Source: Ascoidea asiatica JCM 7603
Lineage: Eukaryota; Fungi; Ascomycota
Assembly (NCBI GenBank): GCA_001600695.1
Contig: BCKQ01000001.1
Location: forward strand, 978,326 to 1,042,325
Reading direction: 5' to 3'
DNA length: 64,000 nucleotides
Both the position numbers and the translations under genes were made by a program. The notes under the pieces are model-generated. The model saw only the letters and a program-made list of their open reading frames with translations. It had not been told where the DNA came from and searched no databases. Positions 40,708 to 51,784 of the stretch are shown here, in pieces. Positions within the stretch are counted from its first letter, which is position 1. Every line of letters begins with the position of its first letter.

Positions 40708-42106
40708 TCAATCGAATTTAGAAAAAGAATCATCACTGAAAAGCTCTTCTTCATCATTATTGTTTTTAGATTCAGATTCAGATTCAGACTCAGGTTGATC
40801 TCCTGCTGCTAATCTATCTTTTCGACGATTTTTCTTAGCTTCTTTTTTTGCTTTTTTTGCATTCACATTTTCTTGTTGCTCCATTTTTCTTTTTGCTTTT
40901 TCTTTAGCTTTTAGTTTATGCATTATTTCAAGTCTTTCTTCTTCTTCTCTTGTTTTAGTATATATGGAATGATATAAAGTTTTTCCAGAGCAAATTCCTT
41001 CTTCTATTTTAATTAACTTAATTTTCATTCTTGGACCTAATTCCGTTAATTTTACAGCTCTTTTCTTTATATTTTCTTGATTTTCTTCTTTTGGAATTAT
41101 TGGTTCATCATTTTCTTCTTTTTTAACATATAAAGAATTTGTTGAAGGTTCATCTTTGATTTTAACAATGGAATCTTCTTCAACTTCTGACATATCTGAA
41201 TCACTAGTGAAACCTGCAGCATAAGGATCAAGAACATAATCAGAAATATCAGTAATTTTTGAAAGATTAGGTAATTTTTTTGAAAGAACATTTTTTGAAT
41301 GAATTAATTTTTTAACACCTTTTGATATTTGAACAGGTTTTGTACTTATTGAAAAATGACGAATATCAATTTCATTTGTTTTTGAATCTTTACATATTAT
41401 TAAAACTCTTTTTATTGTATTAACTTTTGTTTCTTGAGGATTTATTGGTGGAAACATATTTTGAAACATTGTTATTAGTATTTTTTCATGTGGTGAAGCT
41501 TCAGAAGGTTTTGAAAATCCATTTAATACTAAAAGTGGAGGATTTAAAAATTCAATTGAATCTTTACTTATAGATTTGGGATGTTTCATAAACTTTGCAA
41601 TATCTTTACAAAGAGAATAATTTATAACTCTGAAATTTAAAGTTGGACCTTGAGGCATATTGGCAATTCTTAATGTTGTTGTACCTTTTTCAGATTGAGT
41701 AAAAACCATTAAATGAGAAACATTTAAAGGACCTGCCATAACAATAAAATCTTTAAGTTTATTACCTTTTCTCTCTTTTAAACTTATTGCTGTATGAGGT
41801 TGCATTATATTTCTAAAATCATGAACTAACTGTGTTATATTATGATTTTTAAGTGCCGAACCTAAACTTATAACCATTGAACGTGGTATACCAGCTAGTT
41901 CTTCTTCAGTGGCTACAACATGAGTTCTATTTTTCGACTAAAGATAACACCAAAAGTAATTAAATAAATAGGAAATATAAAATTGTTAGTCAACGAAAAT
42001 TCTTTTGATACAAAAAAAGAAAAGAAATAAATAATGAATTTAATAGATAATCAAATTATTTTTCATTCAATTCCATCAGAATGAAACTTACTCTTCTTTT
42101 AACCAT
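40708..42106 (-). CDS. SSF1: Brix-domain pre-60S factor Ssf1/Peter Pan, 414 aa: exon 1 42106-42092, intron 42091-41938, exon 2 41937-40708
   Basis: ATG GTT AAA AGA AGA|GTAAGT..GACTAAC(41991-41985)..TAG|TCG gives MVKRRSKNRTHVVATEEELAGIPRSMVI. Brix motifs QLVHDFRNIMQPHTA and AVKLTELGPRM are present. Confidence 0.92.
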
Positions 42107-43084
42107 TTTTTAAATTGGGTTTAGTAATTCTATAGTCTTTTGCTAATTTGCTTTTTATTAAGAAATCTGCTAAGATATTTATAGATGAAATGAATTGATC
42201 TCTTTATCAATTTAGTTCTCTCGCTTCTGAAAATATCAAAATTTCAAACTTTCAAAGTCTCAAAACAAAAATTTTCAGAATTCCAAAAAAAAATATTTTT
42301 TTTATTTCCAGGACGCATTAAAACCAGCGGTACGGGTCTAGTAGATTTTTGTTGAAGAGTTTAATCAGTGTGAATGCTGGGTGTTTTGATGTTAAATGCA
42401 GTTTCGGCTACACTTGCAGCTTCAGCGGCACCGGTAACTGTGCTGTAGAAGCGAAATCAAATCATTTCCAAGAGTAAAAAGTATGTTTATTGAAAGTATT
42501 CACAAATGATCAGATAAAAGAAGTTTAATGAGATAAGAAATTAAATAATAAAATGTAACAACAGAAGATAAAATAAAATAAGCAGAAAGCCAACAGGACT
42601 AACAAGCACAAGTTCATTGAAAAAATCATATAAGTTAAGAAATAAATGAAAAAGAAATTAATTTTAGTAAAGAGAAAACACAAACGCTAAAGCCATAATA
42701 CAAAAATAAAAGAAAAATGAATCAAAAATGAAATATAGAATGTAACAATGATAAAAATAAAAGAGGAATGAAATATTTGAGAATAAGGTTATTGAAAAAC
42801 TGGAGCAAGTGTCATGAATAACAATTTTTATGAAGATTTTATGAGAATTTTATATGAGTTTTTTTTTTTTTTTTTTTAAGTAATGAGATAATTGGAAAAT
42901 AAATAAGCATATGGATCTGAAATGAGAATAACTTTAAAAAAGAAAAATGACACATGAAGCATAATAAACGTAAGTAAATATATAATAAGACAATGAGATA
43001 ATAATATGATAAGATGAAAAGATAATATAAAAATGTTAAAATGTTAAAGTATTTGAAAATTGTTTGGAAGGAAGGTAATAAAAA

Positions 43085-44614
43085 TCAAAGTACTTTGTCG
43101 ATATTTGAATAAGCACCACCCATCAGATTTAATTGAGAATTTAAATTATAAATATCTTTTTCTGCAGATATTTGAAAAGAATTATATCTTTGTTCTAATA
43201 ATTTAATTTTTGCAGAATGACTTGCATTTAATTTTTGAATTCTTTTTTCAAAATCATTTCTAATTTTATTTGTTGAATCTTTTAAAACTCTATATTCTTG
43301 AAATTCTTTTAAAACAGCATCATTTGAAAAATTTAATAAATTATTGGAATTAGAATTAGAATTATTCTCATTTGAAAAATTTGAATTATTACCACCACTT
43401 GTTGGAATATAATTTTGAATTGTCATTGGTGTTGATGGATTAAATGGAATTCCTGTAGAAGTATAATTATTTGGACTAAAATATATTGGTTGTTGTTGAG
43501 GTTGAATTTGTTGTTGTTGAAATTGTGGAGTATTAATATTTTGAAATTGAGAAGGTAATGATTTCCTATCTGAAAATCCAGGGGAAGAAGTTGCTTCATA
43601 ATTAAAATTATTTGGATAAGAATGAGATTTTTGGTACTGATATTGTTGTTGCTGCTGTTGTTGTTGCAATTGTTGCTGTTGAAGTTGCAGTTGTTGATGA
43701 ATTTGGAATTGTTGTTGACCAGTAGAAAAAGTCTGTGGAGATTGAGACTGGCTATAATCAAATCTAGCATAACTTGTAGGGGTTGTGCTGGTGCTGGTTG
43801 AACCCTTTATGGTAGTTTTCGGCTTTATAGGAACCTGTTTACTTTTTTTACCAGAGTTAAATTTTGAAGATGAAGGAGACATTTTAATAAAATTAGTATT
43901 TTGTTTAATATTTTCACCACAATCTTTTTTTTGGTTCAAATAAATATAATTATTATTACTATTATTACTATTATTATTATTATTATTAAGGAAGTTATTA
44001 TTGTTAATGCTAACAGTTGTAGAAGAATTAGAACTAGAATCTGAATCTGACTCTATTGAATTGTCAGTATAAATAAAATGTTTAGGATTAATTGAAATGT
44101 TTTTTTCAGTAATTAAATCTTTACTGTCTGTGTCAGTATCAGTAATTGAATCAGCGTCTGTTGTTGTATTTATATTAGTAACAGTAGTTGTAGTAGAAGT
44201 TGTGACAGAAGCGATAGATAATGATACAGAAGCACAATTTTTATTGGTTTGTAAATTATTGATATTTTTATTATTTGTTTTAGATTTATTTATAAATTTT
44301 TTATCTTTTGAGAAGAAATTGAATGGAATTGAAAAGAATGATTTGATTGAGATTGATAATTTTGATAAAGATAATGGAAACAATTTTGAATTGTAATTAT
44401 AAGTGGAATTAGAATTAAAATTAGAATTGGAATTGGAATCTAAGCTTGAAGTAGAAATTGAATTTGAATTAGAATTTGATTTTGAATATTTCAGTTGATT
44501 TTTTTCATTTAAATCTTTTAAATCTTTTAGTTCATTTGAATTATCAATTGGATGAGCCATTGCAGGGATCTTTATATAATTTGCTGGTAGTCGAGATGAA
44601 TGATTTAATTGCAT
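43085..44614 (-). CDS. Uncharacterised S/N/Q-rich protein with a C-terminal coiled coil
   Basis: 1.5-kb open frame with a poly-Q tract and terminal heptads (FQEYRVLKDSTNKIRNDFEKRIQKL..). The true start is uncertain. Confidence 0.65.
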   Translation of the reverse strand: MQLNHSSRLPANYIKIPAMAHPIDNSNELKDLKDLNEKNQLKYSKSNSNSNSISTSSLDSNSNSNFNSNSTYNYNSKLFPLSLSKLSISIKSFFSIPFNFFSKDKKFINKSKTNNKNINNLQTNKNCASVSLSIASVTTSTTTTVTNINTTTDADSITDTDTDSKDLITEKNISINPKHFIYTDNSIESDSDSSSNSSTTVSINNNNFLNNNNNNSNNSNNNYIYLNQKKDCGENIKQNTNFIKMSPSSSKFNSGKKSKQVPIKPKTTIKGSTSTSTTPTSYARFDYSQSQSPQTFSTGQQQFQIHQQLQLQQQQLQQQQQQQQYQYQKSHSYPNNFNYEATSSPGFSDRKSLPSQFQNINTPQFQQQQIQPQQQPIYFSPNNYTSTGIPFNPSTPMTIQNYIPTSGGNNSNFSNENNSNSNSNNLLNFSNDAVLKEFQEYRVLKDSTNKIRNDFEKRIQKLNASHSAKIKLLEQRYNSFQISAEKDIYNLNSQLNLMGGAYSNIDKVL

Positions 44615-46534
44615 AATGTTTACATTAAAAACTTAAATTGTTTGACCATCAATAATAATAACAACAACAAAAGTAATAATAATAATAGAAATTGAAAAAA
44701 TAAAAGAGAAATACAACTATATAGTATAAATAGTATAGTAATGAGAAAATAATTATTAATAATAAATTAAAAAAGAAAACAAAGATTTTTATAAAATTTG
44801 AAAAAATTTGAAAATATTTAAAATATTTACAAATTTAAAAAAAAGTTTTATAAAAAAATTGTAGAAAAGTTTATGAAAATTTAAAGATAAAAGATTAAAA
44901 GATAAAAAGTTTTCTTATTTAATCTAAAAGGGAAAGAATATTTCTATAAAAGAGAATAATTTGATATAAATTTTGATTAAAGTAGTAAATAAATGAAATA
45001 AAATATAGTAATAAAATTCAGTGTAAATTAGATAATAAAATAAGCAAGTTTTAGATTTCTGAGGAAATTAAAACAAATGAAAGTGAGTGAATGAGATTTA
45101 GTAACGTTAGAGGTATAAGTTATGGGGGATAGAAAAATAAATTGTGTTTGTTTATAATAATTTATTATAATTATTTATTATTTAATAATTAATATTTATT
45201 AGAACTGTTTTGGATAAGTTTTAGATTTTGTTTTGAATTGTTTTGAAGTGAATTGAATTTGATATCAAATGAAGAAAAAAAAAAAAAAAAATTTAGTAAA
45301 TTAGTATAATTTAGTATTAACAAGCAAAAATTAAATTGATATTTTTCTTTTTTTCACCTTTTTTTTGTAAAATTTAATCTTTTTGGCCTTGAATTTAATT
45401 TAAATATGAATTTATTTGGCCTTGAATTAGTTTATAGTTTTTTTAGTTTATTTCAATTATTTCAATTATATCATTCAATTCAATTTTTTCAGTTTTTTTT
45501 TTCAGTTTTTTCAGAATTTTTTTACGTTTTGTCAGCAGAGACGTTGAACCGAGGGCCGTCTAATTTTCCCTATTAAGAAATAAGTAAACAGAGAAAGAAT
45601 AAACAGAGGAAGAATAAAAATGTAATAGGGATTGAAATTGTTTTAGCTTTTTGTAATTGATTTCGAATGAGTTTTAAGATTAGAACTAAATAGTTTAGAA
45701 TCCAAAGTGGCATAAGATTTGATCATCAGGAGATTTATAGAAAAATAAATGACAGAAAGAATTCAAAATGGAACGATTATAACGTGAAATATTAATTGAT
45801 TTTTAAAACATAAATGGAAAAAATTAACTAAATTTTTTACATATATAAGTAAGAAAGTTATTTTGGTTCTTGATATTTTGGTTGATGATTACCTAAAGAT
45901 CAAAAAAATTTCTAAAAAGTTACTAAAAAAAAGGAAAGTAATCATGTCTTAGTTATTTTGCAAAATTCATGTAATCAAGGGATATAAAATCATATTTAGT
46001 GATTGATTTAACTGAAAAAAAAAATTTTGGTAAAAGAACTATTAGATATGAATCAGAATGAAAAGTTATTCATTTATGAATATATTGATACTTAATAGAA
46101 GTATCAACGTCTATTCAAGGTTGCATTAGATCAAATAACAGATTTACTCAATAGTGGTTCTGAATATTATATGATATTCACATTAGCCTCTTGAATCAAA
46201 AACAAGATTCAAATCACTTGTTTTTTTTTCATTTTTGTTTTCAGTTTGACCATCAATTCATTTTCAATCTTTTCCATCTTCCAGTTTAGACGAAGAACAA
46301 AAAGAGAGCAAATAAACAGATAAACAGACAAAGAGAAGCAGAGCAGCAGCAGCAGTTTCTTCTTCAACCACGGTTGCCATCCACGGTCTTTTCTGTTGTC
46401 TGGCCTTTTTCTATCAGCGTTTCGCGGTGAGGATTTTCACGAAGAGAAAAAAAGTTGCAAAATTTCCGATTTCCTCAAAATTTAAAACTCAAATCCCCGA
46501 GACAAAAATCGAAACGGAAAATGAAAGAATCATA

Positions 46535-46571
46535 AATTTCCAATATTTCCAATATTTCCAATATTTCCAAT
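46535..46571 (+). repeat. 9-bp tandem repeat (AATATTTCC), about 3.5 copies
   Basis: aatttccaatatttccaatatttccaatatttccaat. Confidence 0.8.
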
Positions 46572-48365
46572 TCTTGCAATAAAATGACTGGCAATAATTC
46601 AATCTTTTATATTTTTTTGTTTTTGTTTGGGCTGTAAGTTACTCAGAAGCAAAGATAATGTGATACCAATTACTTCAGAATAAAAACCTCATCTTAAGTT
46701 TTGTTATTCCTCATTTCAAGCTCGGTTCAAATATTTTCTCAATCCCAGTTTCATTACTGTATTTAAGTAAGAGTGCAGAGTCTGTACTAAGATGCATAAT
46801 CTAACTAATTACCACGCAATTTATTTAGCTAAATTGGTGTTACCCTGCATGTTTGATTTTTCTTCCTCATTTGAATTCAATTTCCGAGGGTGCTTCATTT
46901 TTAAAATATGAAAGTTGCGTTTTCATTTTTCAAAGACCCCGAAATGTTTCGAAAATTCACAATTTGGTTTTTTCTTGTGGCCCGCGCAAAGTTGAAATTG
47001 TTTTCGTAGCGCAACTTTGTAAAGCCACACCTCCACCACGGGGATTAATGTTTTGCGTTGAAGTTTCGCGTTAAGCATTTTGCGGCATTAGCCGAACTAA
47101 CGCAATTTTTTTATTGACCCAAAACCTTGGTGACGGAAAAAATTTATGGATGGAACGTGGGTTTCCGCATTGGAGCCAGAAAATATGTCGCGTATGCCTC
47201 AATCTAAGCTCTACGTAATCATGCCCACCTTAAAGACTTGGCATTTACTAGAAAATTAAAGAGCATTAAAGCCATTACTAAAATTTAAATAAATTCTGTT
47301 TAAAGAGGGATATTACAACACAATATTTCCAGAGCTATTACTAGAATACTGGAATTTAGCTTAGATATCGGGTTTTAATTGCATATTTACAATATATCAT
47401 GATTTTATATTATGCTGCAAATGTTTGATCATCAACTAGTTACGTATGTCTGTTTGTTGTTAGTCATTTAGTAAGTATTGTTTATGGCACAGACTTGCGC
47501 AAAACCTACTTTTTTACATTTCAACTTAAACTAATTTTTTAATTTAAAATTGGCTTATTCATTTAGATTAATTGAACTAAATTTAGCTTAAATTGTCAAA
47601 TTATTACCGATATTGCGAATATTTGCGATATTTGCAATTGCCAAATGTCTAAGAACATAATTATAATTGGTCAATAATATTTTCATGGGACCTTCTAGGC
47701 TAAAAATATGACCCAAATGTACTAACAGATATAAAAGATAAAATATAAATGATATGAACCATTTACGGTTAGCTAATTATCTCTTTTTTTTTTTTTTTTT
47801 TCATATGGAATATTTTTTTGATACATGTAATGATTATTTAAAATTCATTTTTTGCTTTGGTGTCTGTAAAGTTAACATTAAATTGAATTCAAACTTTTTG
47901 TTTGAGTGAGAGCATTGAGGAGCAGGCCTGCTCTTAAAAGTTGGTGAATTCATTTAGTTAAAGAAACCTTAAAACTTTGGCTTCACGCTTGGTATTTTAC
48001 ATACTGCAAAAAAACTGCAAATCCCAAAATTGCCTGGCTAAAATTAAAGCTCAAGCTCATATCAGGTGTAATTATCTTTGGGGTTACTTAATTCTACATT
48101 AAGAAACCAACAAATTTTATATCTTGAATGGTTTTAATTTTAATAAACATTTTCCATTTTGTTCTATTTCTTTGTTTTTTTACTAATATTTTTAAATCTT
48201 TGCTTTACTTTTTTTTTTTTTTTTTTTTTTTTTCTAAATCTTATCCTTAATTTCATATTCCACATTAATATTCTCAAATAGCTTAAACAATTATAAAATC
48301 AAGATAGTGAATATAATATTTTCTTTTAATTTCATTCTTATTTTGATTCTTAAATTAAAATCAAA

Positions 48366-50435
48366 ATGAGTGATTTTATAAGAAATAATCCAAGAGCTGA
48401 TGCTCTAAAACAAAGAAATTCTTTTCAAAACTATAATTCTCGTCCTTTATCAATTGAAAATTTATCTGATATTGATATTTACAACAACAATAACAACAAT
48501 CATTATCATAATATTATTAATAATAACAATAATAATAACAATAATAATAATAATAATAATACTATTGATACTAATACTGATGAAAGTATATCAAATTTAA
48601 ATTCAAATACAAATGATCAGAGTTTACCTGATGCATCTTCTTTAAATTATATTTCAACTTCTTCAACTTCTTCAACTTTGTATCATCAAATTTCTTATGA
48701 ACTTCATCAAGTAAATTCAAATAATCAACATCTTGCTGCAAAAGAAGGTCATCGTCTTGTTCATAGATTATCTTATACTGGTCTTGCAGCTTTAAGTTAT
48801 TCTGGTTCAATTGGTACTGGACTTTTAATATCAAGTGGTAGTGCTTTAAAAACTGGTGGTCCAGGTGGTTTATTCATAAGTTATTTAATACTTGCTTTAC
48901 TTGCTTTTATAGTTTTATCAAGTTTATGTGAAATGGCAACTTATATACCTTTACCTGATGGTTATTCAGGTTATGGTTCAAGATATGTTGATCCTGCTTT
49001 TGGTTTTGCAACTGGTTATTGTTATATGATTAAATATATTTTAGTTGCTCCTTCTCAAATGAGTGCTGGTGCTGGTGCTATTCAATATTGGATTTCAAGA
49101 GATAAAGTTAATCCTGGTGTTTGGATTACAATTTTTTTATTAGCTGATATTATAACTAATTATCTTGGTGTTATAACTTATGCAAATATTGTTAAATGTT
49201 TTGCAGGTATAAAACTTTTAGTTTTAATTTCTTTAGTCTTTATTTTATTAGTTTTAGTCTTAGGTGGTGGCCCAAATCATGATAGAACTGGTTTTAGATA
49301 TTGGAATAATCCTGGTGCTTTTGAAGAATATAATACAATTAAAGATTCAAATGGTAGATTTGCTTCATTTTTAGCTTGTTTATTACCTTCAATTTTTACA
49401 TTTTCTGGTTTAGAATTATATGGTATTGCTCTTGGTGAAGTTTCTTGTCCAATGAGAAAAAATATTGTCAGAGCTCATTCTTTAATTTTTTGGCCAATAA
49501 GTATATTATATTGTTGTTTAGCTTTATTATTAGGAATGATAATTCCATATAATGATCAAAATTTAATTCAATCTGTTGCACAATCTAATTCTTCTGCATC
49601 TTCATCTCCTTTTGTTATTGCAATTAATAATGCAGGTATTACTATTTTACCTGATATTATTAATGCTTCAATATTAATTTTTGTAATATCTGCTTCAAAT
49701 ACAGATTTATATGTTTCAACAAGAGCTTTATATGGTTTAAGTGTAAGTCAAATGACTCCAAGAATTTTTTCAAAAACTGATAAAAGAGGTGTACCAATTT
49801 ATGCATTAGGATTTTGTTCAATTTTTACATTTTTAGCATATATGAATGTAACAACATCTTCAAAAAAAGTTTTTACATATTTAGTTAATGTTGTAACAGT
49901 ATTTGGTTTAGCATGTTGGATGGCAATTTTAGTTTGTAGTATTTTTTTTAATAAAGCAATTAAAGCTCAAGGAATTGAAAGATGTGAATTATATTATAGA
50001 GCACCAGGTGCACCATATACAACATATATTGGAATTTTTATGGTTGCATTATGTATATTATTAAAAAATTATACAGTTTTTTTAGATTATGGTGAAACTG
50101 GTAAATTTGATACAAAAACATTTATAACTGGATATATTGGAATTCCAATTTTTTTTATATTATTTTTTGGATATAAATTTTATATGAAAACATCAATTTT
50201 AAAACCAGAAGATGTTGATTTATTTTTTTATAAAGATATGATTGATGCAGAAGAAGAAGCTTATGAAAGAGAACATGCAATTGAATTGGAAACAAAAGTA
50301 AATTCAAAATCAAAGTTAAAATCAAAATCAAAATCAAGTTTTAATTCCAAATCGAAATCAAAATCCAATTCAAAATCTAATTCAAAATTTAAGCTTAATA
50401 TAAACTTCAAAGCATTACGAGGAATATTTTCTTAA
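48366..50435 (+). CDS. APC/YAT amino-acid permease, Dip5-like but divergent
   Basis: GSIGTGLL, EMATYIPLPDGYSGYGSRYVDPAFGFA, QYWISRDKVNPGVWITIF, GGGPNHDRTGFRYW and SPFVIAI; about 12 TM segments. Confidence 0.88.
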   Translation: MSDFIRNNPRADALKQRNSFQNYNSRPLSIENLSDIDIYNNNNNNHYHNIINNNNNNNNNNNNNNTIDTNTDESISNLNSNTNDQSLPDASSLNYISTSSTSSTLYHQISYELHQVNSNNQHLAAKEGHRLVHRLSYTGLAALSYSGSIGTGLLISSGSALKTGGPGGLFISYLILALLAFIVLSSLCEMATYIPLPDGYSGYGSRYVDPAFGFATGYCYMIKYILVAPSQMSAGAGAIQYWISRDKVNPGVWITIFLLADIITNYLGVITYANIVKCFAGIKLLVLISLVFILLVLVLGGGPNHDRTGFRYWNNPGAFEEYNTIKDSNGRFASFLACLLPSIFTFSGLELYGIALGEVSCPMRKNIVRAHSLIFWPISILYCCLALLLGMIIPYNDQNLIQSVAQSNSSASSSPFVIAINNAGITILPDIINASILIFVISASNTDLYVSTRALYGLSVSQMTPRIFSKTDKRGVPIYALGFCSIFTFLAYMNVTTSSKKVFTYLVNVVTVFGLACWMAILVCSIFFNKAIKAQGIERCELYYRAPGAPYTTYIGIFMVALCILLKNYTVFLDYGETGKFDTKTFITGYIGIPIFFILFFGYKFYMKTSILKPEDVDLFFYKDMIDAEEEAYEREHAIELETKVNSKSKLKSKSKSSFNSKSKSKSNSKSNSKFKLNINFKALRGIFS

Positions 50436-50805
50436 TTTTTAATTTTTTTGCCATATATTTTTTTTCAATGACTATTTTATATTCCATACTTCTACCCATA
50501 AACATTCCTCATAAATTATTCAATTCTTTTTTGTTACTTGTTATTTGTTAATTAATTTTTAATATTTTTTAATCTTTTTGTTAACTTTCAATTCTTTAAT
50601 TCTTTTTTCAATTTCCTTATGCATTTATTTTCAATTCTATTTCAATTTTAATGATTTTTTTCTCAATTACTAATTATTAATTATTAATCTCATCCTTTGT
50701 ATTCTGTAATCTTTGTTTTTTTGTATATTTTTTTAAATTTTTTTTATTTTATTTTATTATATGTATATAAATTTATTGAATAATCGTATATAGTTTTTAA
50801 TTGAA

Positions 50806-51228
50806 TTAAATTTTTTTACCAAAATAAGTCCATTGATCAGGTAATGGTTTTTCAGATAATTCTTCCCAACATTTTTCTTTTGCTAAAAGTTTAGCTAAAT
50901 TAAATTCATTATTTGCATTAATTAAAACTTGTTCAATTAAACCATCATTAATTTCTTTTTCAATATATTCATTAATTGAATTTTTTTCAACAATCTCTAA
51001 TCTTTGTTTTGTAAAATTTTCAACAGATTTTCTATAAATTGAATTTTCTGGAAAATTATCTTTTAAAAAATTTAAAGTTGAATTATAAATTGCAATTAAT
51101 GAAGGTCTTGGATTTGGATGTTGATATATACCTGCTATACCAGTTGGATTTGCATTTTGTTTAGAACCTACTTTTATAAGAATTTCTTGAGCTTTTGCAA
51201 CTTGTTTTAATATTGGAGTGAATCTCAT
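50806..51228 (-). CDS. NDUFA5: Mitochondrial complex I accessory subunit NDUFA5 (B13/NUFM)
   Basis: PTGIAGIYQHPNPRPSLI..Y, PENSIYRKSVE, GLIEQV and WEELSEKPLPDQWTYF. Confidence 0.92.
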   Translation of the reverse strand: MRFTPILKQVAKAQEILIKVGSKQNANPTGIAGIYQHPNPRPSLIAIYNSTLNFLKDNFPENSIYRKSVENFTKQRLEIVEKNSINEYIEKEINDGLIEQVLINANNEFNLAKLLAKEKCWEELSEKPLPDQWTYFGKKI

Positions 51229-51543
51229 TTTATTATTGGTTTTATTATTATTTTTAGTTTAATTTTAATGAATTTCTAATGAATTTCTAATGAATTTTCA
51301 ATGATTTTTTTCTCAATAATGAGTTTATTGAAAGAATTGTAATAGTTATTTTGTTCTAAGTAACTTCAATCAAAATTTTATCTATTATATTGTTATTTTA
51401 AATCAACGACAATTGATATAAAATATAGTCTCTGATATTTAATCTTGGTCTTCAATCTTTTGATAAACTATTTTAATTGAATATCGACGATATGCTGCTT
51501 ATGAGATAGAAAATAGGTTTAAGCTGTAAATATCCAAGTCTTC

Positions 51544-51680
51544 TCACGTGCAGTATTAATTTGTATATTGACTAATTTCTGCGGTTCCATTGGCCAGCCA
51601 GATTCAGGCTGTGCACGACCCACAAATTCGGTCTCAACTTCAACCCTTCTTTTAAGAGAAAAAAAATGGCACCGGGTAAC
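51544..51680. promoter_or_regulatory. Divergent NDUFA5/U3 promoter with Cbf1-type and Reb1-type sites
   Basis: TCACGTG at 51544-51550 and CCGGGTAA at 51672-51679. U3 copy 1 has CTGGGTAA at about 2793. Confidence 0.55.
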
Positions 51681-51784
51681 ACAGAAAATATTTCATTTTC
51701 AATTGTTTGTATTGAATATTCACTGGTATAAAAGAAGAAAGAATCTCAACTTTTTTAATCATTTTATTCTCCTTTTTTTTCTTT

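Noticed and set aside
47444-47728. Possible 5'-UTR intron (GTATGT 47444 or GTAAGT 47471 .. TACTAACAG 47720-47728)
   Set aside because: Such motifs are expected by chance in AT-rich DNA. It lies upstream of a TATA-like element and has no coding support.
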